64,000 nt of DNA from Eledone cirrhosa (GCA_964016885.1 OZ024743.1:82460001-82524000), one strand, 5' to 3'; positions 27,755-41,253 are shown, counted from the stretch's first letter. Program-made: numbers and translations. The notes: generated by a model not told the origin, from the letters alone.

Positions 27755-30700
27755 TATATATATAGTGCTGGACAGACAGTTATATATAAAGGGGAGTATA
27801 TATAGTGCTGGACAGGCAGTTATATATAAAGAGGAGTATATATAGTGCTGGACAGAGAGATATATAAAGGGGAGTATATATAGTGCTGGACAGAGAGATA
27901 TATAAAGGGGAGTATATATATATATATAGTGCTGGACAGACAGTTATATATAAAGGGGAGTATATATATATAGTGCTGGACAGACAGTTATATATAAAGG
28001 GGAGTATATATAGTGCTGGACAGACAGTTATATATAAAGGGGAGTATATATAGTGCTGGACAGACAGTTATATATAAAGGGGAGTATATATAGTGCTGGA
28101 CAGACAGTTATATATAAAGGGGAGTATATATAGTGCTGGACAGACAGTTATATATAAAGGGGAGTATATATAGTGCTGGACAGACAGTTATATATAAAGG
28201 GGAGTATATATAGTGCTGGACAGACAGTTATATATAAAGGGGAGTATATATAGTGCTGGACAGAGAGTTATATATAAAGGGGAGTATATATAGTGCTGGA
28301 CAGACAGTTATATATAAAGGGGAGTATATATATATAGTGCTGGACAGACAGTTATATATAAAGGGGAGTATATATATATAGTGCTGGACAGACAGTTATA
28401 TATAAAGGGGAGTATATATAGTGCTGGACAGACAGTTATATATAAAGGGGAGTATATATATATATATAGTGCTGGACAGACAGTTATATATAAAGGGGAG
28501 TATATATAGTGCTGGACAGAGAGTTATATATAAAGGGGAGTATATATAGTGCTGGACAGACAGTTATATATAAAGGGGAGTATATATAGTGCTGGACAGA
28601 GAGTTATATATAAAGGGGAGTATATATAGTGCTGGACAGACAGTTATATATAAAGGGGAGTATATATATATATATAGTGCTGGACAGACAGTTATATATA
28701 AAGGGGAGTATATATAGTGCTGGACAGACAGTTATATATAAAGGGGAGTATATATAGTGCTGGACAGACAGTTATATATAAAGGGGAGTATATATATATA
28801 GTGCTGGACAGACAGTTATATATAAAAGGGAGTATATATAGTGCTGGACAGACAGTTATATATAAAGGGGAGTATATATAGTGCTGGACAGACAGTTATA
28901 TATAAAGGGGAGTATATATAGTGCTGGACAGACAGTTATATATAAAGGGCAGTATATATAGTGCTGGACAGACAGTTATATATAAAGGGGAGTATATATA
29001 GTGCTGGACAGACAGTTATATATAAAGGGGAGTATATATATAGTGCTGGACAGAGAGTTATATATAAAGGGGAGTATATATATATAGTGCTGGACAGACA
29101 GTTATATATAAAGGGGAGTATATATAGTGCTGGACAGACAGTTATATATAAAGGGGAGTATATATAGTGCTGGACAGACAGTTATATATAAAGGGGAGTA
29201 TATATAGTGCTGGACAGAGAGTTATATATAAAGGGGAGTATATATATATATATATAGTGCTGGACAGACAGTTATATATAAAGGGGAGTATATATAGTGC
29301 TGGACAGACAGTTATATATAAAGGGGAGTATATATAGTGCTGCACAGACAGTTATATATAAAGGGGGGTATATATAGTGCTGCACAGACAGTTATATATA
29401 AAGGGGAGTATATATAGTGCTGGACAGACAGTTATATATAAAGGGGAGTATATATAGTGCTGGACAGACAGTTATATATAAAGGGGAGTATATATAGTGC
29501 TGGACAGACAGTTATATATAAAGGGGAGTATATATATATAGTGCTGGACAGACAGTTATATATAAAGGGGAGTATATATATATAGTGCTGGACAGAGAGT
29601 TATATATAAAGGGGAGTATATATATATAGTGCTGGACAGAGAGTTATATATAAAGGGGAGTATATATATATATATAGTGCTGGACAGACAGTTATATATA
29701 AAGGGGAGTATATATAGTGCTGGACAGACAGTTATATATAAAGGGGAGTATATATATATATATAGTGCTGGACAGACAGTTATATATAAAGGGGAGTATA
29801 TATAGTGCTGGACAGACAGTTATATATAAAGGGAAGTATATATAGTGCTGGACAGACAGTTATATATAAAGGGGAGTATATATAGTGCTGGACAGACAGT
29901 TATATATAAAGGGGAGTATATATAGTGCTGGACAGACAGTTATATATAAAGGGGAGTATATATAGTGCTGGACAGACAGTTATATATAAAGGGGAGTATA
30001 TATAGTGCTGGACAGACAGTTATATATAAAGGGGAGTATATATATATAGTGCTGGACAGACAGTTATATATAAAGGGGAGTATATATATATAGTGCTGGA
30101 CAGACAGTTATATATAAAGGGGAGTATATATATATAGTGCTGGACAGAGAGTTATATATAAAGGGGAGTATATATATATATAGTGCTGGACAGACAGTTA
30201 TATATAAAGGGGAGTATATATAGTGCTGGACAGACAGTTATATATAAAGGGGAGTATATATAGTGCTGGACAGACAGTTATATATAAAGGGGAGTATATA
30301 TATATAGTGCTGGACAGACAGTTATATATAAAGGGGAGTATATATAGTGCTGGACAGACAGTTATATATAAAGGGGAGTATATATATAGTGCTGGACAGA
30401 CAGTTATATATAAAGGGGAGTATATATAGTGCTGGACAGACAGTTATATATAAAGGGGAGTATATATAGTGCTGGACAAACAGTTATATATAAAGGGGAG
30501 TATATATAGTGCTGGACAGACAGTTATATATAAAGGGGAGTATATATATAGTGCTGGACAGAGAGTTATATATAAAGGGGAGTATATATATATAGTGCTG
30601 GACAGACAGTTATATATAAAGGGGAGTATATATATATAGTGCTGGACAGACAGTTATATATAAAGGGGAGTATATATATATAGTGCTGGACAGAGAGTTA

Positions 30701-30938
30701 TATATAAAGGGGAGTATATATATATATAGTGCTGGACAGACAGTTATATATAAAGGGGAGTATATATAGTGCTGGACAGACAGTTATATATAAAGGGGAG
30801 TATATATAGTGCTGGACAGACAGTTATATATAAAGGGGAGTATATATATATATAGTGCTGGACAGAGAGTTATATATAAAGGGGAGTATATATAGTGCTG
30901 GACAGACAGTTATATATAAAGGGGAGTATATATATATA
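27755..30938. repeat. 3.2-kb satellite, 40-bp core unit AGTGCTGGACAGACAGTTATATATAAAGGGGAGTATATAT with variable (TA)n
   Basis: Roughly 75 near-identical units. Confidence 0.98.
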
Positions 30939-31121
30939 TCTTTGTACAATAGATAGAATAATATGATAAAACATGAAATAAGTCTAAAATTATTACCAAA
31001 CATAGAACAGTTAACACAAGAGATGGAAAACTACAGAAAAATATTTAGATCACCCACACACAAAGATAGGAGCCCGCTAGTTTAAGGAAAGTCAGGGCAC
31101 ACCTCATCTTCTGCTTGCCTA

Positions 31122-31481
31122 TCATGCATTATATAATTCACGGGGATCGCCGAAACCCTTCGTAAACCTTTTGTCGGTGATTCCATCAATAAAATCTCCT
31201 ACATTTTCTGGACAGAAGTCTTTTATGTCTTCGTAGATTTCTTTTGTTGTTAGAAGAGGCCACCGTCCGGAAACGATCCCTAGTAATTGTTTATGTCGGA
31301 GTCCACCCACATATGGGTTTACCTCCTCCAATTCGTACACTTGAATAAACAACTCAGTCTCATTGGTGCTGACGAGTGTGTAATAATAAGATGGACGTCT
31401 GTTGGTTGTCACAACGACTGTTCCACTTGTTCCAACTACGGAACAATCTACTCCAGAAATTAAGCCAGAAATAGTTGATTT
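31122..31481 (-). other. Non-repetitive open frame of 119 codons, unidentified (exon, pseudogene or element fragment)
   Basis: Stop-to-stop frame KSTISGLISGVDCSVVGTSGTVVVTTNRR...FGDPRELYNA with normal amino-acid composition; no family recognised. Confidence 0.35.
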
Positions 31482-31585
31482 CTACTTTACTCGATGGAAA
31501 CCTTTTCTGGAAACCTGATGTGTGCAGACGAGTTGGGAAATCAACCACCATCACAATGAAGTCTGTCCTTGAAGATGATACCGAG

Positions 31586-31787
31586 TTGGAGGCAGGGGAA
31601 ATTTAGACAATGTTAGACAGGGTGAACTGGAGAAGGGAGGCAGGGGGAATTTAGACAACAATGTTAGACACGGTGAGCTGGAGAAGGGAGGCAGGGGTAA
31701 TTTAGACAATGTTAGACAGGGTGAGCTGGAGAAGGGAGGCAGGGGTAATTTAGACAACAATGTTAGACAGGGTGAGCTGGAGAAGGA
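31586..31787. repeat. 57-60 bp tandem repeat x~3.5
   Basis: GGAGGCAGGGG.AATTTAGACAATGTTAGACAGGGTGAGCTGGAGAAG repeated. Confidence 0.9.
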
Positions 31788-31912
31788 ACTTCATCATTGC
31801 ACTGGTAACGGTTGTATAGAAGAAGAAAACCAACTTTGTGTTGTAATTCTCTCTTGTCCTGAATATCGTCGACCCCTGTGGCCAATAACAGAAATTATTG
31901 TTGTTGTTGGTT

Positions 31913-32320
31913 GGTGGAATGGCAGTATCAGTAGAGCGTCGGACAACATGCTTTGTGACATATAGTTACATCCCTTTACGTTCTGAGTTCAAATTCCCCC
32001 AAGGTTAGCCTTGCCTTTCATACTTACGGGGTCGATAAAATAAAGTACCAGTAATGCACTGGAGTCGATTTAACCAACTTTCCCTTCCCCTCAAAACTGT
32101 TGACCTTGGGCCTAAATCAGAAACCATTGATTGGCAGTATCGGTAGAGGGTCGGACGCCATGCTTTGATGCATAGAGTTACGGCCCTTGCCATTCTGAGT
32201 TCAAATCCCGCCGAGGTTAACTTTGCCTTTCATCCTTTCATCCTTTCATCGATAAAATAAAGTACCAGTAATACACTGGGTAATTGCTGGCCTTGTGCCA
32301 AAGGTAGAAACAATTATTAT
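31913..32320 (+). mobile_element. Two SINE A copies head-to-tail (diverged long form 31913-32128, short form 32129-32320)
   Basis: Two sets of A/B boxes and cores; the first has an extra GTCGATTT..CCCTTCCCCTCAAAA segment. Confidence 0.9.
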
Positions 32321-32337
32321 TGTTGTTGTTCTTGTAA

Positions 32338-32620
32338 AAGCACGTAGCTTATTGGTTAAGATCGTAAGGACATGAGTTCTATTCATGGTGACGTATTGTG
32401 TCTCTGAGTAAAAACTTTATTTCACGTTGCTCTAGTCCACTGAGCGGGCAAAACGAGTTGTAGCTGGATTTTAAATGGATAGTCTTGTCACATTCTGTGT
32501 TACGCTGAAACTCCTAGAAAAATATGTTAAGGGTACACGCGTCTGTGGAATGTTCTGTCACTTTCACATTAATTTTACAAGCAGGCTCTTCCTTAGATCA
32601 AACAACTTTCGTTCGTCATT
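32338..32620 (+). mobile_element. Diverged tRNA-CORE SINE (family B)
   Basis: TGGTTAAGATCGTAAGG..GAGTTCTATTC..ACTTTATTTCACGTTGCTCTAGTCCACT. Confidence 0.7.
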
Positions 32621-32744
32621 AGAACCGACGTGGGTCCAGCACCCATGGACCAACCGATCTTGTGAATATTGTCCTGCTTTAAATTCCAGATTTCTTCAGT
32701 GAAGTAACAAACCAACTATGTCTCAACGTATAAATTTATTACGA

Positions 32745-32880
32745 AAATATTATTTTTATCTAAGCCGTTATTTATATGAATAGAATCAAATTTAGTGTTA
32801 CTGTTGTCTAATCATATTCAATATGTTTACGAATATTTCACGCAGCTACCCTTACTTCAAACCTTTGAGCAATAGGTAAC
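32745..32880. mobile_element. Dispersed repeat, inverted homolog of 41700-41850 (probable DNA transposon remnant)
   Basis: GCTACCCTTACTTCAAACCTTTGA and TACTGTTGTCTAATCA are revcomp matches to 41713-41736 and 41782-41797. Confidence 0.75.
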
Positions 32881-33049
32881 AGCCCCACATACACACATGC
32901 ATTCTAAACTTAAATATATATGTGTGTATTTTTCCTTTTTAAAAGCAGCAATAATGCAGATAAACTATAAATAATAGTCGAACGTTTCTTTTAAATTCCC
33001 ATATAGATAAAAAATAAAATGGACAAAACCGAGTGCAGGAATCTTCTTG

Positions 33050-33447
33050 TCGTATATACACGATAGTTAGAGAGGCAGGTGGTGAACGGCTAGCCAGACT
33101 AAGACATCGTGTACATCGCTCCCAGGCAGTCGGGAAAACGTTTGAGGGGACAGTCCCGAAAAACATGCTGTACCGCTTGGTCAAGGTTCCTACAGTCACA
33201 TACTGAGCTGTCTTTCATTTTCAATAGATGGAGATGCTGGGGTGTCCTGTATTGTCAGGATCCGATTAAGGAACACCCATTTCTTTTTAAGAAGGTCAAA
33301 GCCTGCTGGTTTAGATGTGGGGTCCTGGGCGAGATCTTGATTGACAAATTTGGACTCATTGTTTTTTATCTTTAATCGTAATGAACGATAAACGTTTAGA
33401 TTTCTGTTGTATCCAATGATTTAATTTCATATTTAAAACCAATTGGA
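33050..33447 (-). mobile_element. Vingi/Ingi-like LINE 3' fragment, decayed
   Basis: NQDLAQDPTSKPAGFDLLKKKWVFLNRILT..CDC...QAVQHVFRDCPLKRFP; homolog of 24984-25335. Confidence 0.7.
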
Positions 33448-33496
33448 CTCCATGATCTTGCAGGAATGAAACCAGTCGTCTGTGATATAGTGAGAA

Positions 33497-36400
33497 AAAC
33501 TGGAGTTAAGACAGAAAAGTATGGATGTATGGTAGGCAGGAACAGAAGACTGGAGTTAAGATAGAATTGTGAAGACAGAAATGTATGGATGTATGGTAGA
33601 CAGGAACAGAAGACTGGAGTTAAGATAGAATTGTAAAGACAGAAATGTATGGATGTACGGTAGACAGCAACAGAAGACTGGTGTTAAGATAGAATTGTGA
33701 AGACAGAAATGTATGGATGTATGGTAGACAGGAACAGAAGACTGGAGTTAAGATAGAATTGTGAAGACAGAAATGTATGGATGTATGGTAGACAGGAACA
33801 AAAGACAGGAGTTAAGATAGAATTGTGAAGACAGAAATGTATGGATGTATGGTAGACAGGAACGGGAGACAGAAGTTAAGATAGTATTGTGAAGACAGAA
33901 ATGTATGAATGTATGGTAGACAGGAACAGAAGACAGGAATTAAGATAGAATTGTGAAGACAGAAATGTATGGATGTATGGTAGACAGGAACCGAAGACAG
34001 GAGTTAAGATAGAATTGTGAAGACAGAAATGTATGGATGTACGGTAGACAGCAACAGAAGACTGGAGTTAAGATAGAAATCTGAAGACAGAAATGTATGG
34101 ATGTATGGTAGAGAGGAACAGAAGACTGGAGTTAAGATAGAAATGTGAAGACAGAAATGTATGGATGTATGGTAGACAGGAACAGAAGACAGGAGTTAAG
34201 ATAGAATTGTGAAAACAAAAATGTATGGATGTATGGTAGACAGGAACAGAAGACTGGAGTTAAGATAGAATTGTGAAGACAGAAATGTATGGATGTATGG
34301 TAGACAGGAACAGAAGACTGGAGTTAAGATAGAATTGTGAAGACAGAAATGTATGGATGTACGGTAGACAGGAACAGAAGACAGGAGTTAAGATAGAATT
34401 GTGAAGAAATGTATGGATGTACGGTTGACAGCAGCAGAAGACTGGAGTTAAGATAGAATTGTGAAGACAGAAATGTATGGATGTATGGTAGGCAGGAACA
34501 GAAGACTGGAGTTAAGATAGAATTGTGAAGACAGAAATGTATGGATGTATGGTAGACAAGAACAGAAGACTGGAGTTAAGATAGAATTGTGAAGAACAGA
34601 AATGTATGGATGTATGGTAGACAGGAACAGAAGACTGGAGTTAAGATAGAATTGTGAAGACAGAAATGTATGGATGTATGGTAGACAGGAACAGAAGACT
34701 GGAGTTAAGATAGAATTGTGAAGACAGAAATGTATGGATGTATGGTAGACAGGAACAGAAGACTGGAGTTAAAATATAATTGTGAAGAACAGAAATGTAT
34801 GGATGTATGGTAGACAGGAACAGAAGACTGGAGTTAAAATAGAGTTGTGAAGGACAGAAATGTATGGATGTATGGTAGACAGGAACAGAAGACTGGAGTT
34901 AAGATAGAATTGTGAAGAACAGAAATGTATGGATGTATGGTAGACAGGAACAGAAGACTGGAGTTAAAATAGAGTTGTGAAGGACAGAAATGTATGGATG
35001 TATGGTAGACAGGAACAGAAGACTGGAGTTAAGATAGAGTTGTGAAGGACAGAAATGTATAGATGTATGGTAGACAGCAACAGAAGACTGGAGTTAAGAT
35101 AGGGTTGTGAAGACAGAAATGTATGGATGTATAGTAGACAGCAACAGAAGACTGGTGTTAAGATAGAATTGTGAAGACAGAAATGTATGGATGTATGGTA
35201 GACAGCAACAGAAGACTGGAGTTAAGATAGGGTTGTGACGACAGAAATGTATGGATGTATAGTAGACAGCAACAGAAGACTGGTGTTAAGATAGAATTGT
35301 GAAGACAGAAATGTATGGATGTACGGTAGACAGGAACAGAAGACTGCAGTTAAAATATAATTGTGAAGAACAGAAATGTATGGATGTATGGTAGACAGGA
35401 ACAGAAGACTGGAGTTAAGATAGGGTTGTGAAGACAGAAATGTATGGATGTATGGTAGACAGGAACAGAAGACTGGAGTTAAGATAGGGTTGTGAAGACA
35501 GAAATGTATGGATGTATAGTAGACAGCAACAGAAGACTGGTGTTAAGATAGAATTGTGAAGACAGAAATGTATGGATGTACGGTAGACAGCAGCAGAAGA
35601 CTGGAGTTAAGATAGAATTGTGAAGACAGAAATGTATGGATGTATGGCAGACAGGAACAGAAGACTGGAGTTAAGATAGGGTTGTGAAGACAGAAATGTA
35701 TGGATGTATGGTAGACAGGAACAGAAGACTGGAGTTAAGATAGGGTTGTGAAGACAGAAATGTATGGATGTATAGTAGACAGCAACAGAAGACTGGTGTT
35801 AAGATAGAATTGTGAAGACAGAAATGTATGGATGTATGGTAGACAGCAACAGAAGACTGGAGTTAAGATAGGGTTGTGAAGACAGAAATGTATGGATGTA
35901 TAGTAGACAGCAACAGAAGACTGGTGTTAAGATAGAATTGTGAAGACAGAAATGTATGGATGTACGGTAGACAGGAACAGAAGACTGGAGTTAAAATATA
36001 ATTGTGAAGAACAGAAATGTATGGATGTATGGTAGACAGGAACAGAAGACTGGAGTTAAAATAGAGTTGTGAAGACAGAAATGTATGGATGTATGGTAGA
36101 CAGGAACAGAAGACTGGAGTTAAGATAGAGTTGTGAAGGACAGAAATGTATAGATGTATGGTAGACAGCAACAGAAGACTGGAGTTAAGATAGGGTTGTG
36201 AAGACAGAAATGTATGGATGTATAGTAGACAGCAACAGAAGACTGGTGTTAAGATAGAATTGTGAAGACAGAAATGTATGGATGTACGGTAGACAGCAGC
36301 AGAAGACTGGAGTTAAGATAGAGTTGTGAAGGACAGAAATGTATGGATGTATGGTAGACAGCAACAGAAGACTGGAGTTAAGATAGAATTGTGAAGAACA

Positions 36401-37782
36401 GAAATGTATGGATGTATGGTAGACAAGAACAGAAGACTGGTGTTAAGATAGAATTGTGAAGAACAGAAATGTATGGATGTATGGTAGACAGCAACAGAAG
36501 ACTGGTGTTAAGATAGAATTGTGAAGACAGAAATGTATGGATGTACGGTAGACAGGAACAGAAGACTGCAGTTAAAATATAATTGTGAAGAACAGAAATG
36601 TATGGATGTATGGTAGACAGGAACAGAAGACTGGAGTTAAAATAGAGTTGTGAAGACAGAAATGTATGGATGTATGGTAGACAGGAACAGAAGACTGGAG
36701 TTAAGATAGAGTTGTGAAGGACAGAAATGTATAGATGTATGGTAGACAGCAACAGAAGACTGGAGTTAAGATAGGGTTGTGAAGACAGAAATGTATGGAT
36801 GTATAGTAGACAGCAACAGAAGACTGGTGTTAAGATAGAATTGTGAAGACAGAAATGTATGGATGTACGGTAGACAGCAGCAGAAGACTGGAGTTAAGAT
36901 AGAATTGTGAAGACAGAAATGTATGGATGTATGGTAGACAGGAACAGAAGACTGGAGTTAAGATAGGGTTGTGAAGACAGAAATGTATGGATGTATGGTA
37001 GACAGGAACAGAAGACTGGAGTTAAGATAGGGTTGTGAAGACAGAAATGTATGGATGTATAGTAGACAGCAACAGAAGACTGGTGTTAAGATAGAATTGT
37101 GAAGACAGAAATGTATGGATGTATGGTAGACAGCAACAGAAGACTGGAGTTAAGATAGGGTTGTGAAGACAGAAATGTATGGATGTATAGTAGACAGCAA
37201 CAGAAGACTGGTGTTAAGATAGAATTGTGAAGACAGAAATGTATGGATGTACGGTAGACAGGAACAGAAGACTGGAGTTAAAATATAATTGTGAAGAACA
37301 GAAATGTATGGATGTATGGTAGACAGGAACAGAAGACTGGAGTTAAAATAGAGTTGTGAAGACAGAAATGTATGGATGTATGGTAGACAGGAACAGAAGA
37401 CTGGAGTTAAGATAGAGTTGTGAAGGACAGAAATGTATAGATGTATGGTAGACAGCAACAGATGACTGGAGTTAAGATAGGGTTGTGAAGACAGAAATGT
37501 ATGGATGTATAGTAGACAGCAACAGAAGACTGGTGTTAAGATAGAATTGTGAAGACAGAAATGTATGGATGTACGGTAGACAGCAGCAGAAGACTGGAGT
37601 TAAGATAGAATTGTGAAGACAGAAATGTATGGATGTACGGTAGACAGGAACAGAAGACTGGAGTTAAGATAGAATTGTGAAGACAGAAATGTATGGATGT
37701 ACGGTAGACAGGAACAGAAGACTGGAGTTAAGATAGGGTTGTGAAGACAGAAATGTATGGATGTATGGTAGACAGGAACAGA
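33497..37782. repeat. 4.3-kb satellite, 64-bp unit (~67 copies) with higher-order structure
   Basis: Unit GAAGACTGGAGTTAAGATAGAATTGTGAAGACAGAAATGTATGGATGTATGGTAGACAGGAACA (starts at 33545, 33609). Confidence 0.98.
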
Positions 37783-38146
37783 TTGAAAGTAAAATAAAGA
37801 GGAGTAGACGTTAGATTAGCTGGGAAACGTTGGCTTATATGATCAGTGTGAAGGTCAACTTAACTCAACAGTTTCTTATACACAGACGTGAGACGTGAGT
37901 GTGGGTGGGTGTATAGGTGTGTGTAGGGGTGTGGGTGAGGATGTATGGGTGTGTGTAGAGGGAGGGGTATATCATACGCATAGATTTATGCATACGCACG
38001 TACAGAGTTACATATGTACGTACATACATAGATATATGCAGGTATATACGAAGATACTACACACACTCACACAATATATATATATAATGTGTGTATATAT
38101 ATATAATGTGTATATACATGTGTATATATATATAAATGTGTGTATA

Positions 38147-38225
<79 letters not shown>

Positions 38226-38261
38226 GTATGTATATATGTATATATATATAATGTGTATATG

Positions 38262-38326
<65 letters not shown>

Positions 38327-38435
38327 TCCCATGTACATACAGACATACGTATGTTACATGACTATATAAAGTCATTGGTGCGTGCCATAAACTGCTAAAA
38401 TGGACTATCGGTATCAAGTAGGTATATTTACTTAC

Positions 38436-38630
38436 CTGAAAATGCCGTGATGAAGAGATATCCTTCTCTGCTAGATTTTCTACTTCGCTGAACATTGCCT
38501 GAAGTTCACCCCAAAAAGGTCGTTCGCATCGATTAGCACACGCCTCACCGCCGCCGCCATTACCGTTCTCGCCATTACAACTACATACCACCTTCGCAAC
38601 AACTACAAACAATACACACCACCACCGCCA
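38436..38630 (-). CDS. Candidate coding exon, unidentified
   Basis: Open frame ..[41 protein letters not shown] ends at a consensus donor CAG|GTAAGT (38436/38435); 5' boundary unclear. Confidence 0.3.
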
Positions 38631-38828
38631 TTACATACTACACAGCACAACCTTCGCCATTACCGTTGCTTGCATGCATTGCATTCTATCGACAGCGACA
38701 TCATGGAGATGGAACATCATAACATCATCAAGATCATCATCACAACCACACGAACACAACCAATTGCCGTCGTTACAACAACCACTACCACCTAAATCGC
38801 GCGTATATATATATATATAGCCGTATGT

Positions 38829-38878
38829 TCTTGTCTGATGGCCGTATGATGAACAGGCGAAACTCCAGAGTAACAAGA
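38829..38878 (+). ncRNA. Hammerhead-like motif lacking A9
   Basis: TCTTGT-CTGATG-GCC..GGC-GAAA-CTCCAGAG-TA-ACAAGA. Perfect 6-bp stem I, GCC/GGC stem II, ACTC/GAGT stem III; downstream AATAAA; partial homolog at 1841-1885. Confidence 0.6.
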
Positions 38879-39642
38879 CTCACTATTTAGCCTTAATAAA
38901 ATGAATATATATATATATATATATATATATTAGTAAATTTGTATTCCAATGTTACTAAGTAGTTGCATTGGATGGAGTCAACCGACGTCAGAGATTGCTC
39001 AACGTATAATAAAGTGTGTTTTAAAATCCGGAGAAAATATGGAGAAGAAGTTTATGAAATTCTTTATACCCGCATTTCCATTTCATAAACTTCTTCTCTC
39101 TTTATATATATATATACACACACATTCATTATTCTACATATATACATTCTATTTCGTGTTAGAATTATTCTAGAAGTAATCTGAAAAGGACCTTGTAAAC
39201 CTAAAACACTATATGGTATTGGTGTTAAAACTGAATATAGAGCCACATCTGGACAAGACCCTCTAGGATCGAAATAGGATTAATTCGGTAAACTATGAAC
39301 TTACACATCCACGCACACACACGTCCCAACGCATACATATACACACACAAGTACACATACACACACACACTCACACACACAAGCACACATACACACACAC
39401 ACATACACACATATATGTATATCCTGCTGAACCCACAGCAGGAGACGAAACACAAATAAGTGCAGCAGCAACAAACTCCCTTTAGCATCAATGGCCAACC
39501 AGAGAAGGCTGATAATAGAATGTGGAGCATTGATGGCGGTGCTCCAGCATGCCCTCAGCCCCTCGGCTGGAACACATAATAGAATAATAGAATGAGTAGG
39601 AAGGCAGTATCAAAGTATCATCATTAAGTTTATTCCCCATTA

Positions 39643-39774
<132 letters not shown>

Positions 39775-39872
39775 CTGTATATATATATGTATATATATAT
39801 ATACAGCATGCCCCAGCATGGCCTCAGCCGAGTGGCTGAAACAGGTAAAAGAGTATATATATATATATATAT

Positions 39873-40061
39873 AACGAAGGAAGAGTGGTAAGGAACCAGA
39901 TGAACCATAGTGCACCAGAGTACTCAATACTTAGGGTAGTAGAGTGGGTGAAGGAAAGTGTTTGACCCCGACAGCAGAGCTCAAGCCGTTTCAACGGCTA
40001 TTTCTGTCTAGAAATAGCCGTCGAAACGGCTTGAGATCTGCGTCGGGGTCAAATACTTTCC

Positions 40062-40095
<34 letters not shown>

Positions 40096-40281
40096 ACGAA
40101 GGAAGAGTGGTAAGGAACCAGATGAACCATAGTGCACCAGAGTACTCAATACTTAGGGTAGTAGAGTGGGTGAAGGAAAGTGTTTGACCCCGACAGCAGA
40201 GCTCAAGCCGTTTCAACGGCTATTTCTGTCTAGAAATAGCCGTCGAAACGGCTTGAGATCTGCGTCGGGGTCAAACACTTT

Positions 40282-40284
<3 letters not shown>
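39873..40284 (-). mobile_element. Tandem pair of family C fold-back elements
   Basis: 39873-40062 and 40095-40284 are near-identical, period 222 bp, with a (TA)n spacer. Confidence 0.92.
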
Positions 40285-40322
<38 letters not shown>

Positions 40323-40625
40323 GTTTAAATTTGGTCGTTTACCAGTGCGTAGAATTGGTCATTCTGCAATATTAACCCTAATGTAATATGAGAAAAGCAC
40401 TCGACGTTATGCAACGCATCCATCTTCAATGTTGAATCATGTTGGTGGTGCGGAAACGGAGAAAATGTCTTATAAAGGGAAATGGGGCGGGAGAGCAATG
40501 TGGAAACTTGCTACTACGTCCGTCTCTGGGTCAAAAACATAGCACACACTTTTTCCTTTGTTTTTCTTTGCTTGTTTCCTTAAAGCTTACCATCATTCCA
40601 TTGGTATACATCTATTACGCAATTT

Positions 40626-40683
40626 ACACCTGATGAGGTCACTGGGTTCTCACGCAACCTGGCCACTGAAATGTGTATAGTGT
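40626..40683 (+). ncRNA. Minimal hammerhead ribozyme motif in a (TA)n-embedded insert (~40322-40742)
   Basis: ACAC-CTGATGA-GGTCACTGGGTT..AACCTGGCCACT-GAAA-TGTGTA-TA-GTGT, followed by AATAAA. Confidence 0.55.
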
Positions 40684-40739
40684 TTACAGTAATAAAAAAT
40701 TAAGGAAATTCAACATATTTGGCCTCCTGTCATTTCACT

Positions 40740-40898
<159 letters not shown>

Positions 40899-41065
40899 GT
40901 ATATCTTTACTGATTATATGGAGAAATATGTGTTTATGTAGAAATAAATAGCTATGTAGATATACTCTAACTTTCCAGCCAACACTATCTTTCGACTAGG
41001 TTTACTACATCTACACCCTATCTCATAAACTTAGTTATTGCCATCCGGCTCTAACTCTTTACCAT

Positions 41066-41253
41066 GTGGATTGGCAGTATCGGTAGAGGGTCTGACGCCA
41101 TGCTTTGCAACAAAGAGTTACACCCCTTTATGGTCTGAGTTCAAATCCCACCGAGGTTAACTTTGCCTTTCATCCTTACGGGGTCGATAAAATAAAGTAC
41201 CAGTAATACACTGGGGTAATTGCTGGCCTTGTACCAAAAGTAGAAACAATTAT
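41066..41253 (+). mobile_element. SINE family A
   Basis: Full motif set. Confidence 0.93.

Noticed and set aside
27755-37782. CRISPR-like appearance of the large arrays (also 5500-6430 and 7224-7663)
   Set aside because: No unique spacers between identical repeats, no cas genes, eukaryotic context; these are satellites
38475-38820. Plus-strand open frames of ~100 codons
   Set aside because: The CA-rich strand is depleted of stops and two frames are open; no donor site
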